Of a stretch of 33,638 bases of DNA, positions 1 through 10,596 are shown in pieces (position 1 is the stretch's first letter; every line of letters starts with the position of its first letter). Source of the DNA: Myxococcales bacterium (GTDB lineage Bacteria > Myxococcota_A > UBA9042 > JABWCM01 > BTVJ01); the NCBI GenBank assembly GCA_045863395.1, contig BTVJ01000081.1, positions 1-33,638 of the forward strand, in the 5' to 3' direction. The notes under the pieces are model-generated. The model did not search any database, was not told the origin of the DNA, and worked only from the letters and a program-made list of their open reading frames with translations. The position numbers and the translations under genes were made by a program.

Positions 1-129
1 CCGCCAAGGCGGCAGAGGCGGAGGCCGCGAGAGCCGCCAAGGCGGCAGAGGCGGAGGCCGCGAGAGCCGCCAAGGCGGCAGAGGCGGACGGCGCGAGAGC
101 CGCCAAGGCGGCAGAGGCGGCCGCCGCGC
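1..129 (+). repeat. 33-bp coding tandem repeat, about 3.7 copies visible, encoding AKAAEAEAARA
   Basis: ccgccaaggcggcagaggcggaggccgcgagag at 1-33 and 34-66, a variant at 67-99, and a partial copy from 100. Confidence 0.9.
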
Positions 130-500
130 AAGGCGCGAAGCAGGTGCCCGAGCCGGGGCCGGCCGCGGCTCCGCCCGACCCGACAGTCCCCCCGCGCGCG
201 GGCTCCGTGGACGGTTTCAAGCCCGTCTTGCAGCTCTCCCGCCTCGCGAAGCTCTACACGGGCGACAACGGGCGAGCCATCAAGCTGCGAGAGTGGCCCG
301 GTGGTGCGGCGCTCATGGGTCGCTGCGCGGTCCAGCCGCTGCCTTCGGCTGAGGTTGGGTTCCGTATCTACACCGGGTACCGGGCAGGGAGGCTCCTCTG
401 CACGGGCGACCTCGCCCCCCTCTGCGACGCCCTCGGCTGTTCCCCCGGCAAGCCCGTGTGCAACGTAGGCATGGCCTGGCTACAAGGCTGCGAGAACTGA
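3..500 (+). CDS. 5'-truncated hypothetical protein: Ala/Lys/Glu-rich helical repeat, Pro-rich linker, small Cys-rich C-terminal domain
   Basis: Frame of ORF 144..500 is open back to the window edge (AKAAEAEAARAAK...). Ends TGA at 498-500, 19 nt before hisS. Six Cys in the last ~60 aa. Confidence 0.7.
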   Translation, partial: AKAAEAEAARAAKAAEAEAARAAKAAEADGARAAKAAEAAAAQGAKQVPEPGPAAAPPDPTVPPRAGSVDGFKPVLQLSRLAKLYTGDNGRAIKLREWPGGAALMGRCAVQPLPSAEVGFRIYTGYRAGRLLCTGDLAPLCDALGCSPGKPVCNVGMAWLQGCEN

Positions 501-519
501 CCCCTCCGGAGAGAGACCC

Positions 520-1848
520 ATGGCAGCACAGAGCGCGCGGGGGACCCGCGACTTCCTCCCGACGGACATGACGCGGCGCAACCGCGTGCTCGGCACCATC
601 CGCGAGGTCTTCGAGCGGTACGGGTTCGAGCCGCTGGAGACGCCGGCCATCGAGCGCATCGAGACCTTGATGGGGAAGTATGGGGATGAGGGCGACAAGC
701 TCCTCTTCCGCATCCTGAAGCGCGGCGAGGGCTCCGAGCGGGGCGAGGCGGACATGGGGCTCCGGTACGACCTCACGGTCCCGCTGGCGAGGGTGGTCGC
801 GATGCACCACGCGGCGCTCCCGCAGCCCTTCAAGCGCTACCAGATCCAGCCGGTGTGGCGGGCTGACCGCCCGCAGCGCGGCCGCTTCCGCGAGTTCTTC
901 CAGTGCGACGTGGACGTGGTGGGCACCGCCTCCTTGGTCGCCGACGCCGAGCTGGTCGCCATCGTGCACGAGGCCCTCTCGGCGCTCGGCTTCTCGGGCT
1001 ACCGCATCCGCGTGAACCACCGCGGGGTACTCCGCGGAATGATCGAGGCCATGGGGGTCGCGCCGGAGCGGGAGGGCGACGTGCTGGTCGCGCTCGACAA
1101 GCTCGACAAGGTGGGGCGTGACGGCGTGCGCGCCGAGCTCCTGGCGCGCGGCCTGGGGGAGCGGGTGGCGGACAGGGTCGACGCGCTCGCTGCCTCGGTC
1201 GGCGTCGCGGATGGGCTGGACGTGATGCGCGACCTGGCGACTGCGACAGAGGCCGGCGCGTCAGGGGTCCGCGACCTGGAGGCCCTGGCCGCACACCTCC
1301 AGGCGTTCGCGGTCCCGGCTGGCGTCGTCGCCTTCGACCCGACCCTCGCCCGCGGCCTCTCGTACTACACCGGGCCCATCTTCGAGGCGACGCTGGAGGG
1401 CTTCCCGGGGAGCATCTCGGGCGGGGGCCGCTACGACGAGCTGGTCGGCATGTTCCTCGGCCGCCGTCTCCCGTCGACGGGCATCTCCCTCGGCGTCGAG
1501 CGCCTCCTCGCCATCATGGAGGAGCGCGGCATGCTTGCGGGCGTGCGCACCTCGACGGAGCTGCTCGTGACCGTGTGGGGCACCGACATGCGTCCCGACG
1601 CCATCCGTGTGGCCACGGCGCTGCGGGCCGTCGGGCTGCGGGCCGATCTCTACCCAGACGACGACAAGCTGAAGAAGCAGCTCAAGTACGCGGATAGCAG
1701 AGGCATCCGCCACGCGGTCATCCAGGGGCCGGATGAGCGGGATCGGGGCGTCATCGCAGTGAAGGACCTGCAGACCGGCGCGCAGTCCGAGGTGGCTCTG
1801 GACGCGCTCGCGGATGCGCTGGTCCCTCTGGTTCGCTCCGTGATCTAG
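520..1848 (+). CDS. hisS: Histidine--tRNA ligase
   Basis: RGTRDFLP N-terminus, LRYDLTVPLAR, motif 2 WRADRPQRGRFREFFQCDVD, LARGLSYYTG, GGGRYD, SLGVERL, anticodon domain KLKKQLKYAD. Confidence 0.98.
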   Translation: MAAQSARGTRDFLPTDMTRRNRVLGTIREVFERYGFEPLETPAIERIETLMGKYGDEGDKLLFRILKRGEGSERGEADMGLRYDLTVPLARVVAMHHAALPQPFKRYQIQPVWRADRPQRGRFREFFQCDVDVVGTASLVADAELVAIVHEALSALGFSGYRIRVNHRGVLRGMIEAMGVAPEREGDVLVALDKLDKVGRDGVRAELLARGLGERVADRVDALAASVGVADGLDVMRDLATATEAGASGVRDLEALAAHLQAFAVPAGVVAFDPTLARGLSYYTGPIFEATLEGFPGSISGGGRYDELVGMFLGRRLPSTGISLGVERLLAIMEERGMLAGVRTSTELLVTVWGTDMRPDAIRVATALRAVGLRADLYPDDDKLKKQLKYADSRGIRHAVIQGPDERDRGVIAVKDLQTGAQSEVALDALADALVPLVRSVI

Positions 1849-1852
1849 CCCC

Positions 1853-2914
1853 TCAACCGTCCACCCGGAAGGTCGCGCGCCCGACGAGCTGGCCGTCCAC
1901 GGTCTCCACGTCGATGCTCCACTCGCCCGTCGGGTCGTCGGGCACCTTCCTCAGCTTGGAGCGCAGCGAGACCACGTTCGGGTCGTCCGTCGCGACCGGC
2001 AGCACACGCGCCCGGTCCACCTCGTCCGCGTTGCGCCGCCAGACGTGGACCAGCTCATCTCCGGTCCCGCCTGGCGCGGACACGAGCGTCTCGCCGTGGA
2101 GCGCCGGCACCAGAGAGCGATGGATCGCGGTCACGGCCATGGCGGGGCGGTCTCCCTCGATGAGCAGCGGGCTGACCGCCCACGACTTGAGGTGGAGCGG
2201 CACCGGCGGGATGGCCACACGGCCGAGCCAGACCAGCGTCGCGGCGAGGGCAGCCACCGGGAGCAGCAGCGCCTGCGTCCTCCACCGGACGAAGGTGCGC
2301 AGCGGCATGTTGAGGCTGGCGAAGGCGATGACCGTGCAGGCGGCCGCCGCCATGAGCGTGACCGAGGTGCGCACGCGTGGGAAGAGAGCCGGGATCGCCA
2401 CGTTGAGCACCGCGAACAGGGTCCAGCCGTAGAAGGTCACGGCCAGCCAGCGGCGCTTCATCAGGAAGTGGTCGAACACGATGTCGAACGTCGAGAGGAC
2501 CGCGCAGACACCGATGGCGACGACGAACCAGCGGTTGGCGGCGCTGAAGGTCGTGGACTCCCAGTAGAAGGGCAGGGAGAAGAACAGCATGCCCTGGTAC
2601 ATGTTCTTGAGCGCGTAGGTCATCACCAGGAAGCGCACCTTCTGGCCCTTGGTGGCGACGGAGAGGTCCCGGTGAGCGACCCGGTAGAACACGACGAGCA
2701 GGATCCACACGAAGCTCAGGGTCAGCACCAGCCAGCGCGCGTGATCGAAGCCCTTGCGGGCAAAGAGGACGACGCACATGCCCAGGGCGAGGGCGTAGAG
2801 CGAGTGCATCCACCACAGCGCCGTACCGTGGCTCGCCAGGAACAGGCGGGCGCGCGCGACGACGGTGGGCGGCCGCGCTGGCTGCTCGGGCGCGTAGGTG
2901 TGGTAGTGCTCCAT
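1853..2914 (-). CDS. Multi-pass membrane protein with C-terminal DUF2914-like domain (DUF5924/DUF2914-type architecture)
   Basis: Start moved to MEHYHT (2914). About 7-8 hydrophobic helices (QGMLFFSLPFYWEST), then a soluble domain ending LVHVWRR...GEWSIDVETVDGQLVGRATF. Confidence 0.75.
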   Translation of the reverse strand: MEHYHTYAPEQPARPPTVVARARLFLASHGTALWWMHSLYALALGMCVVLFARKGFDHARWLVLTLSFVWILLVVFYRVAHRDLSVATKGQKVRFLVMTYALKNMYQGMLFFSLPFYWESTTFSAANRWFVVAIGVCAVLSTFDIVFDHFLMKRRWLAVTFYGWTLFAVLNVAIPALFPRVRTSVTLMAAAACTVIAFASLNMPLRTFVRWRTQALLLPVAALAATLVWLGRVAIPPVPLHLKSWAVSPLLIEGDRPAMAVTAIHRSLVPALHGETLVSAPGGTGDELVHVWRRNADEVDRARVLPVATDDPNVVSLRSKLRKVPDDPTGEWSIDVETVDGQLVGRATFRVDG

Positions 2915-2999
2915 GAGACAGTCCCGCCAGGGTGGGCTCGACCCACCCGGGCAGGATACGGGAGCGTCCGTCAGGATGCCAGGAGCTGCCCCGCGCCCA

Positions 3000-3818
3000 T
3001 CAGAACGACGCGCCCACTCCAAAGCCGACGACGACCGGCGCGATGTTGCGGGAGGTCTCATCCACGGGGATGCGGGCGTTGAGCGAGAGGTTGACCACGG
3101 GCGGGCGCGCGACGATGCCGACGCCGACCTGGTACTGCGGGTCCAGCTTCTCCTCGAACGGGTGTGACCCGAGGAACTCGGCCTGGACGGTGAGGAAGGA
3201 GATCGGGGTCACGGCCACGCCGATCCCGCCCTGGAGCGAAGACAGGGTGTCGCCGTCATCCGTCGGGATGGAGAAGCTCGGGGCCACGCTGGCGTAGACG
3301 TCCACCATGGAGATTCCCACGCGAGCCGCCACGGCGGGCTGTACGGTGAAGTCCTTGAACGCCCGGAAGCCCGGGTGGTTGATCGACGCGATGGACAGGG
3401 CCCCGTTGGCCACCTGCGCTTCGATGTTGCCGGACGAGGAGGGGACGAACAGGTGGAGCGCGCCGCCGGCCTGGAGGCGCACGGCTCCGAGCTTGAAGCC
3501 GAAGCCCAGGCGCGCCGCCAGGTCGGCGTTGCCCTGGACGGTCTTGGAGGAGCCCGCGTCGGGGATGTAGAACCCGAACGGCATCGCCACCTCGACCCCC
3601 AGGAAGGGGAGGACCTGATAGCCGCCGGAGGCGAGCAGCTCGATGCCGCTCCAGTCGACGTTGCCGGTGGTGCCGGGGATGTAGCTCGCGTCCAGGCGGA
3701 CGCCAGTGTACGGCGCTGCGGGCTCCACGAGGATCGGGGCGGCGCTGGCGTCGGGTGCCACGGACGCGATCAGGCCGCCGACGAGCGCCGCGGCGAGGGG
3801 ACGTGAGGTCATGCGCAT
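3000..3818 (-). CDS. Putative outer-membrane beta-barrel protein
   Basis: GGAGG RBS (3828-3824) before ATG 3818. Signal peptide (RPLAAALVGGLIASVAPDASA), alternating amphipathic beta-strands, C-terminal Phe (GFGVGASF). Confidence 0.7.
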   Translation of the reverse strand: MRMTSRPLAAALVGGLIASVAPDASAAPILVEPAAPYTGVRLDASYIPGTTGNVDWSGIELLASGGYQVLPFLGVEVAMPFGFYIPDAGSSKTVQGNADLAARLGFGFKLGAVRLQAGGALHLFVPSSSGNIEAQVANGALSIASINHPGFRAFKDFTVQPAVAARVGISMVDVYASVAPSFSIPTDDGDTLSSLQGGIGVAVTPISFLTVQAEFLGSHPFEEKLDPQYQVGVGIVARPPVVNLSLNARIPVDETSRNIAPVVVGFGVGASF

Positions 3819-4029
3819 GACTTCCTCCATGCTTCGGGTCAACCGGCGCCAAGGGTGGCTGGCGCCGGGTCTGGCGTCAAGTTTTCCCTGGGGGCGTGAG
3901 AGGGCGTCCACCCCCGTTTCCCTGCCGCGCCGCTCCCTGTACGCTGAGCGGCGGCCGGCATCAGACTGAGGGTCTGGCCGGGAATTCACAGGGAGTTCGA
4001 GGCGCCCGGACGTTCGGGCAGGAGCGGTG

Positions 4030-4983
4030 ATGCTGTCAGAGCATGCAGCGAGGACCTTCCGGGAGCTCCAGGGTCGCATCTGCCAGGCGCTGGAGGACGT
4101 GGACGGCGCGGCGCGGTTCCGGGAGGACGCCTGGGAACGCGAGGGCGGAGGCGGCGGCCGCAGCCGCGTGATGACCGACGGCGCCGTCTTCGAGAAGGCC
4201 GGGGTCAACTGGTCGCTCGTGCACGGTGACCTCCCGGCTGAGATGGCAGATCAGCTCCCGGGCGACGGTCCCTTTCTGGCGACCGGTGTCTCGCTGGTGC
4301 TCCACCCCTGGAGCCCCATGGTCCCAGCGACCCACGCCAACTTCCGCTACTTCGAGCGCGGCGGGGCGGCCTGGGTCGGGGGCGGGTGTGACCTGACTCC
4401 CACCTACCCTTGGCTCGAGGACGTGGTCGCGTTCCACGGTGCCCTGGCGGAGGCGTGCGCGCCCCACGGGGAGGGGCTCTATCCACGCTTCAAGGCGTGG
4501 TGTGACGAGTACTTCGCATTGCCGCACCGCGGGGAGACCCGTGGCGTCGGGGGGCTGTTCTTCGACTACGTGGGCGTGGCGGCGGGCTCCCTCGGCCCGC
4601 GGGTCCGGGCCCACGCAGCGCGCGCCCTGCCTGACGCCATGGATCTGGACCGGGCGTTCGCCTTCGTCCAGGCCGTGGCCGACGCCTTTCTCGCAGCCTA
4701 TCTGCCGATCGTCGAGCGGCGCCGGGGGGAGCCCTGGACCGAGGCCGAGCGCGAGTTCCAGCTCATCCGCCGTGGCCGCTACGTGGAGTTCAACCTGCTC
4801 TTCGACCGGGGGACCGTCTTCGGGCTGCGCACGGGCGGGCGGACGGAGAGCATCCTGATGAGCCTGCCGCCCCTCGTGCGCTGGACCTACGACTACAGGC
4901 CCGCGCCCGGGTCACGGGAGGCGGAGCTGGCCGACTGGCTGCGCCCCCGAGACTGGCTCAATTGCCGAAGCCCGCACCCGTGA
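4030..4983 (+). CDS. hemF: Oxygen-dependent coproporphyrinogen III oxidase
   Basis: [91 protein letters not shown]. Confidence 0.97.
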   Translation: MLSEHAARTFRELQGRICQALEDVDGAARFREDAWEREGGGGGRSRVMTDGAVFEKAGVNWSLVHGDLPAEMADQLPGDGPFLATGVSLVLHPWSPMVPATHANFRYFERGGAAWVGGGCDLTPTYPWLEDVVAFHGALAEACAPHGEGLYPRFKAWCDEYFALPHRGETRGVGGLFFDYVGVAAGSLGPRVRAHAARALPDAMDLDRAFAFVQAVADAFLAAYLPIVERRRGEPWTEAEREFQLIRRGRYVEFNLLFDRGTVFGLRTGGRTESILMSLPPLVRWTYDYRPAPGSREAELADWLRPRDWLNCRSPHP

Positions 4984-7900
4984 TGTTGACGTAGGCGCTG
5001 TTGATGGACCAGGAGTCCCACAGGAAGGGGAAGAAGGCGATGTAGAACTCGAAGGAGTCGATGTCGAAGCCCGCCGCGCGGATCCGATCCACCTGGAGGT
5101 AGACGTTCGCCCCCTTGAAGTTGGTCTGACCGAATATGGTCTGAAAATCAGGAACTTGGACGCTCTGCACCGGGCCGTCCGTGATCATGTTCCAGATGGG
5201 GAACCACCACTGCGCTCCAAGCTGCACGTAGTTGAAGTCAGGCAGGGCTCCGCCGGGCGTCGTCCACGCGATGGTCCTGTCGACCAAGGAGCCGAGGGCG
5301 ATGGGGCCCTCGAAGTTGGGGAGCTCCATCAAGGGGCCGAAGAGGTGGGCGTCCTCTCCGCCGATGAGGAGCGGGGCGCTCCCGACCCCGCACACGTCGC
5401 GGAGCCGCGCCCCGGACCCGGGGAGGCTTGCCGCGGTGGCCTTGGTCCCGTCGATGTGCAGGATGGTCCCCCGGTTGCCCACGGCCACGGCGGAGGATCC
5501 GTCGGCCGCGACCCACACGCCGTGGAGGTTCTCGGTGGTGCCGCTCGCGATGGTCTGGGTCGTGACGCCGTCGAACCGCTTGACCGCGCCGAAGCTGCCC
5601 ACGAGGACGAGGTCCGTGTCGGACGAGCCGCCCACGGCGCGCAGGTCGAACGCGCTCGATCCGTCGATTGGTGAGAAGATTCCGTTCGTGTAGTAGAGGA
5701 CCGTGCCTCCGTCGCCTACGACCCAGACGGTCCCCGAGGGCGAGGTCCACGCCCCCCGCAGGGGCGCGATGGTCCCGGTCGCGCGCGGCTCGAGCTGCTC
5801 TCCCGTCCACTCGGCGGCTTGGCCGCCCTCGCCGACGATCAGCAGGCCAGCGGGAGTGCCGGCGATGGCCGTGGGCACGAAGCCGACCGCGGCGACCTGC
5901 TTCCACGCGAAGCCGTCGGAGCGAATCAGCGCGCCGCTGACCCCGACCGCCCACACCTCGGTAGCGGAGCGTGCCCAGACGTCGAGCCACGCCGTCTTGA
6001 CCGGACCGCCCTGGAGCCCCCAGGTGCCGCCCTGCCGTCGCACGATCAGGCCGTCGCGCCCGACCGCGTAGATGTCGTCGGGGCTCACTGCCCATACGGC
6101 GAGGACGGGGCCGACGCCGGAGGGGTCCTCCTTCCAGCCGTCACCCTCCGGCACGTAGAGGTTGCGAGCCGCCAGGTCCGGGAGCTCCCGCTGGATGGTT
6201 GCGCTCAACGGGATGGCGCTCGGGTTCCACCAGTCGGTCCAGCTCGTATTGGAGAAGGCGCCCCCGATGACGAGGTACGAGACCCCGGTGAGGGACCCGT
6301 TGAGGGTCTTGGGCAGGCGGCTCAGCGTCAGGCTCCCGTCCCCGGGCGTGATCTCGGAGCGGTGGAGCTCCAGCACGCCGGCCTCCCCGAAGTCGAGCAG
6401 GGTGCGCAGGCGGTGCAGAGGCAGGGCCATGAGCTTCGATGGCGGGTAGTCCATCTGCACGAGGACGTCGCGGTTCGTCGGCACGTCCAGCGACACCTCG
6501 ATGCCGTCGACATGCTCCGCGGGCTCCACGAAGAAGGACTGGGACGCCCCCATGGACAGCGACACGGAGGAGCCCGTCTTCTCGTCGTACAGCTCTGCCC
6601 GGCAGACGACGACCAGTGGGCCGGTCCGCGTCTGGATGGTGAAGTTCCCGTTGATGTCCGCGACCTTGCCAACGCCCGGGTCCGGCGTCGGCGTCAGCAC
6701 GTCGCTCATCGTGGTTCCACAGACGATGCGAGTCTGGCCGGCCACCGGCATGCAGCGCTTGTCCTCCCCCAAGGCCGGCGCCATGCAAGCCCAGCCGGAC
6801 GGGCAGTCCCCCCCTGCGCCGCAGGGGGTGGTGCAGTAGCTCTGCCCGTTGAGCATCGCCGTGCAGCGGTTCTGTTCGCCGCACTCGACATCCGCCGTGC
6901 AGGGCTTGCACAGCACGCCGCCCGGGTCCTTCTTGCCCTCGCACGTTCCGGGTGGGGGGATCAAGTACTTCTCATAGACGGACACGTGGCCGGAGACCAC
7001 CCCTGGCAGGTTCAGCCCGCCGCCGCCTCCTCCGCCGCTGGACGGGGGGATCTTCGGGAAGAGCAGGATGGTCACGTTCTCGGCGTCGAACTCGATGATC
7101 GACGACCCCGAGTACTCGGGGTGCCACGCGCTGGCCGACTGGCCCCCCTGCAGGTCGGGGCCGTTGAACGTGATCTGGCCGAGCCAGTCCGTATACCCCT
7201 GGTAGGGGGTGGATGGGTCCGAGCCGAGGATGACGTAGGCGCCTTGGACGCCCTCCTGGCGGAAGAGGTCCATGACCGTGACGTTCAGCGTGCCGGTCAC
7301 CGGCGGGCCCCACGTGCCCCCATGGGCGGAGGCCGGGTTGTAGTAGGTGTACGCATTGGGCAGGTCTGACAGGGGCAGCCCTTCCTTGTCTTTCAGCACG
7401 ACGTCGACGGTGGTGGGCACCTCGACCCCGACGCTACTCGTGCGGAGCACGGCCGGGCTGAGCCACTCGACGCTCAGCGACTCGTCGAGCCCGAAGAACA
7501 CGCGCGCGTCCTTGGGCAGGTCCGTGCCGTAGAGGTTGACGACGGTGCCGCCACCCATCGGGCCGCCGTCCGGATCCACCGCGAGGAGCTGGACCTTGCC
7601 CGCCTCGTAGACGAAGGCACCCTTGAGCTTGGACTCCAAGGGGCCGCTGCGCACGCGGACGGTGACGGGGCCGGGGCTGCCCGGCGGCGTAGTCACGGTG
7701 AGGGTCTTGTCATCGACGACCTTCAGCGCCGTTGCGGGCAGGGCGTCGAACCAGACGCCGTCCACGCCCGCCAGTGACGTGCCGGTGAGCGTGACCGGGG
7801 TGCCCCCCGCAGCGGGACCCGACGCCGGCGAGGCTCCGCTGAGCGACGGGATCGCCAGGTAGGTGAAGGCTGCGGGAGCCACGTCCGTTCCCAGCGCAGT

Positions 7901-9136
7901 GGTCAGCTCCAGGTCGACCACTGACGGCGCCAGCGCCGCAGGCGACAGGACCTCCAGCACGCCGTGGTCCGGGTCTATGGCTGTCACGGTCGCCCCCTTC
8001 TGGCCGAAGCGGACCTTCGCGTCCGTGACCGACGTCAGGCCGTTTGCGACGATGGAGACCGGCGTACCGCCGACCTGAGGGCCTTGCTTCGGGGAGATGG
8101 ACAGGATCTTCGTCGGGCCGTCCAGGGCCTGCTGATCCACGAAGGTGAAGCTGTCCCACAGGGTGGCCTCACGGCCCTCCAAGGCCACCGTCACATCCAC
8201 CTGGCCCGGGGCGTGCGCTGGGGTGATCGCCTCGACGCGCGTCCCGTCGTCGGACACGGACACGATCTCCGCCTCGGAGGCGCCAAGGAACACGGACGTC
8301 GCCTCCGCGGGCGCATCGAAGCCGGCTCCGTGGATGGTGATGGTCTCGCCCCCTGTCGTGAAGCCCGCGGGGGGGGTCACCGCCGTCACGCCCAGGTCGG
8401 CGGTGTAACGGAACCCTCGCTCGAGCAGCGCGACCCCTGCGGGCGTCGTGACCCGCACGTCCACCTTGCCCGGAGCCTCCGCCAGCGGTGAGATGCACAG
8501 GATGGTCTCTGGATCGACCACCTTCGTCTGGATGGCGACCCTGTCCCCGAGCATCACCATGGACTCGGGGAGGAAGCCGTAGCCCTTGATGGTCAAGGCG
8601 GTGGCTCCCGCGACGGGCCCCTCGGCGGGTGTCACGGCGTCGACGCCGAACACGTCATAGTAGAGGAAGCCCTCGGGTACGACGAGCTCCTCGCCGTCCC
8701 CGTTGAGGAGCCGGACGTCCTTGCGGCCGGCGGTCCCCGGGGGCGTCAGGATCGAGACGAGGGTGGGGTTCAACATCACGGGGGAGAGGGCCTCCTCGTC
8801 GCCAATCCAGACCTGGACGGGTTCCGTGAAGCCACGACCCACGATGGTCACAGGCTCCGACCCGTCGGTCTTTCCCTTGGCGGGCACGATGCCCGTGATT
8901 GCGACCGGGTCCTGGACCGGGCCGATGCCTGGACCAGCATCGTGGGCGTCCACGCCTGTGTGTCCGTCGACCGGGTCCGAGGAGTCGCCGCCGAGGGAGC
9001 CGTCGGGGATCGCCTCGTCGCTGGGCGATGCGCCGCAAGCCCCCAGGAGGGCCGCCAGGAGGGCGGCGACGAGGCGCGCGCGGTGGCCTGTGAGCTGGCG
9101 GCCAGCGTCGTGGGCCACGATGTGTACGAGGTTCAT
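4958..9136 (-). CDS. Large surface lipoprotein: six IPT/TIG domains, a Cys-rich module and a beta-propeller-like repeat region
   Basis: Lipobox LLGAC. Six P..G...G...V.I.G..F/L IPT repeats (~7340-8905). Cys-rich block [23 protein letters not shown] (~6750-6945). Repeated VW....VWAVG..G.I blades (~5350-6110). Confidence 0.85.
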   Translation of the reverse strand: MNLVHIVAHDAGRQLTGHRARLVAALLAALLGACGASPSDEAIPDGSLGGDSSDPVDGHTGVDAHDAGPGIGPVQDPVAITGIVPAKGKTDGSEPVTIVGRGFTEPVQVWIGDEEALSPVMLNPTLVSILTPPGTAGRKDVRLLNGDGEELVVPEGFLYYDVFGVDAVTPAEGPVAGATALTIKGYGFLPESMVMLGDRVAIQTKVVDPETILCISPLAEAPGKVDVRVTTPAGVALLERGFRYTADLGVTAVTPPAGFTTGGETITIHGAGFDAPAEATSVFLGASEAEIVSVSDDGTRVEAITPAHAPGQVDVTVALEGREATLWDSFTFVDQQALDGPTKILSISPKQGPQVGGTPVSIVANGLTSVTDAKVRFGQKGATVTAIDPDHGVLEVLSPAALAPSVVDLELTTALGTDVAPAAFTYLAIPSLSGASPASGPAAGGTPVTLTGTSLAGVDGVWFDALPATALKVVDDKTLTVTTPPGSPGPVTVRVRSGPLESKLKGAFVYEAGKVQLLAVDPDGGPMGGGTVVNLYGTDLPKDARVFFGLDESLSVEWLSPAVLRTSSVGVEVPTTVDVVLKDKEGLPLSDLPNAYTYYNPASAHGGTWGPPVTGTLNVTVMDLFRQEGVQGAYVILGSDPSTPYQGYTDWLGQITFNGPDLQGGQSASAWHPEYSGSSIIEFDAENVTILLFPKIPPSSGGGGGGGLNLPGVVSGHVSVYEKYLIPPPGTCEGKKDPGGVLCKPCTADVECGEQNRCTAMLNGQSYCTTPCGAGGDCPSGWACMAPALGEDKRCMPVAGQTRIVCGTTMSDVLTPTPDPGVGKVADINGNFTIQTRTGPLVVVCRAELYDEKTGSSVSLSMGASQSFFVEPAEHVDGIEVSLDVPTNRDVLVQMDYPPSKLMALPLHRLRTLLDFGEAGVLELHRSEITPGDGSLTLSRLPKTLNGSLTGVSYLVIGGAFSNTSWTDWWNPSAIPLSATIQRELPDLAARNLYVPEGDGWKEDPSGVGPVLAVWAVSPDDIYAVGRDGLIVRRQGGTWGLQGGPVKTAWLDVWARSATEVWAVGVSGALIRSDGFAWKQVAAVGFVPTAIAGTPAGLLIVGEGGQAAEWTGEQLEPRATGTIAPLRGAWTSPSGTVWVVGDGGTVLYYTNGIFSPIDGSSAFDLRAVGGSSDTDLVLVGSFGAVKRFDGVTTQTIASGTTENLHGVWVAADGSSAVAVGNRGTILHIDGTKATAASLPGSGARLRDVCGVGSAPLLIGGEDAHLFGPLMELPNFEGPIALGSLVDRTIAWTTPGGALPDFNYVQLGAQWWFPIWNMITDGPVQSVQVPDFQTIFGQTNFKGANVYLQVDRIRAAGFDIDSFEFYIAFFPFLWDSWSINSAYVNITGAGFGN

Positions 9137-9163
9137 CGGGGGGGCCCCGCAGGGGGTTGGAGA

Positions 9164-9727
9164 TCAGCGGGCAGCGAGCACACGGCGGCGCATGGCGACC
9201 AGGGTCGCAAACAAGAGGGCCGAGAGCCCTCGCGCCGGCGTGGGGGATGTGGCGCAGCCAGCGGCCTGTGCGCCAGCCTCGTCGGACTCCGTGAGGGCGC
9301 TCGCAGCGGTCGCCAGGTCCGCAGGCTGGTCGCTCTCGGCCGACGGGCGGTCCAGTGTGATGGCCTCGTCGCCCCGCCGCTCCGGTCGAACGTGGGGGGG
9401 CGGCGTGTGGGCCATGTCGTCGGTGGCGGGGAGGAGCGACCCGGGCTCGAACAAGATCCCCACGTGGGCGAACATCCACTGGAGCTGAAGGTCCGTCGCC
9501 ACGGCCGGAACCAGCGCGTCCTTGGGGAAGCCTCTCTGGGCCCCGCCGTTGCCAGCGTCGTCGGACTTGCCGAAGTTCAAGCCCTCGAAGGACTTGACGC
9601 GGGTGAAGCCGCCGTAGAGGTCCATGTCCGGGTTCGGCTCGGGGGAGTGCTCCTCGATGCCCGCAAGGGCAGGGACCGAGACGAGCAGCAGAGCGACCGC
9701 AGCGGCGCGGCCGAAGCGAGCGATCAT
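9164..9727 (-). CDS. Secreted protein with MYXO-CTERM-like C-terminal sorting signal
   Basis: Signal peptide ending ALA. C-terminus AGCATSPTPARGLSALLFATLVAMRRR (GC motif, TM helix, Arg cluster). GGAGGAG RBS and ATGA overlap with the upstream gene. Confidence 0.75.
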   Translation of the reverse strand: MIARFGRAAAVALLLVSVPALAGIEEHSPEPNPDMDLYGGFTRVKSFEGLNFGKSDDAGNGGAQRGFPKDALVPAVATDLQLQWMFAHVGILFEPGSLLPATDDMAHTPPPHVRPERRGDEAITLDRPSAESDQPADLATAASALTESDEAGAQAAGCATSPTPARGLSALLFATLVAMRRRVLAAR

Positions 9728-10500
9728 GTCTCCTCCACGCCGGACGTCGACCCCGAGGGCTGCGAGCCCGGCTCACCCCACAACCCAGGCGCACCGTTGA
9801 CCAGCACGCTGTAGTCCGTGGTGTCTTCGATGGCGGCGCCGCGACAGAGGGCCTCCTCCTCGCGCAGCACGCGGCTGACCGCGTCCCGGAGCCGGTCGGC
9901 GACCTCCTCGGCGCGGTCACGGCGGATACGGTACTGGTACCGGCTGCACACCGCGCTGGCGTCGCCGTGGACGTACGCCTGGACGGTGGACAGCAGCGTC
10001 GTGAGGCGCTTGCGGGCACACTCGGCGCGCTCCTTCTTCTCGGCCCGCTCCACCACCACGAGGTGGGTCGCGCGGTAGCGCCGCGACGAGCCCTGTCCGG
10101 TGGCCTCGACCTGGCCCAGGTCCCCGAGGCCGGAGAGCAGCCGCTGCACCCGGCGCGGGCTCGCCACCTCGCCGTCGGCCCGCATGGCCTCCAGCAGGTC
10201 GCCGAGGGACATCCAGCCGCCGCTGAGCTGGAGGAGCAGCAGGATGCGCCGCCCGTCGGAGGCCGGCGTGGTCGCCGGCTTGGTGTCACCGAGCATGCGG
10301 AGCCAACGATCAGAGATGCCGAGCAGATCGGCCAGCACCTCGTCGGTGACGTCCTGGCGGTCCTTGACCTCGTACACCATCATCATGACGTCGCGCTTGA
10401 GGTCCTGGATGGACTCCTTGAGGCCCCCACAGGCCATGATGGAGCGCGCGTGCAGGTTGGAGAACACGTCGCGCACCGTTACGTCGGTGTCATAGAGCAT
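9724..10500 (-). CDS. Putative DNA-binding protein (HTH plus winged-helix)
   Basis: VLADLLGISDRWLRML is HTH-like. RRVQRLLSGLGDLGQVEATGQGSSRRYRA is winged-helix-like. Start at MLYDTD (10500) is uncertain; 10524 or 10575 are possible. Confidence 0.6.
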   Translation of the reverse strand: MLYDTDVTVRDVFSNLHARSIMACGGLKESIQDLKRDVMMMVYEVKDRQDVTDEVLADLLGISDRWLRMLGDTKPATTPASDGRRILLLLQLSGGWMSLGDLLEAMRADGEVASPRRVQRLLSGLGDLGQVEATGQGSSRRYRATHLVVVERAEKKERAECARKRLTTLLSTVQAYVHGDASAVCSRYQYRIRRDRAEEVADRLRDAVSRVLREEEALCRGAAIEDTTDYSVLVNGAPGLWGEPGSQPSGSTSGVEET

Positions 10501-10596
10501 CGGTGATTCCCAATCAGGTGGCATGTGCGCGGTGCAGGCACCGTTCACCGTACCGAGGTGCGCACGCCATTTCAACAGGGAATCTTCGCCCCCAGG

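Noticed and set aside
1..129. 33-bp repeats as a CRISPR array
   Set aside because: Units are contiguous with no spacers, in frame within a CDS, and there are no cas genes.
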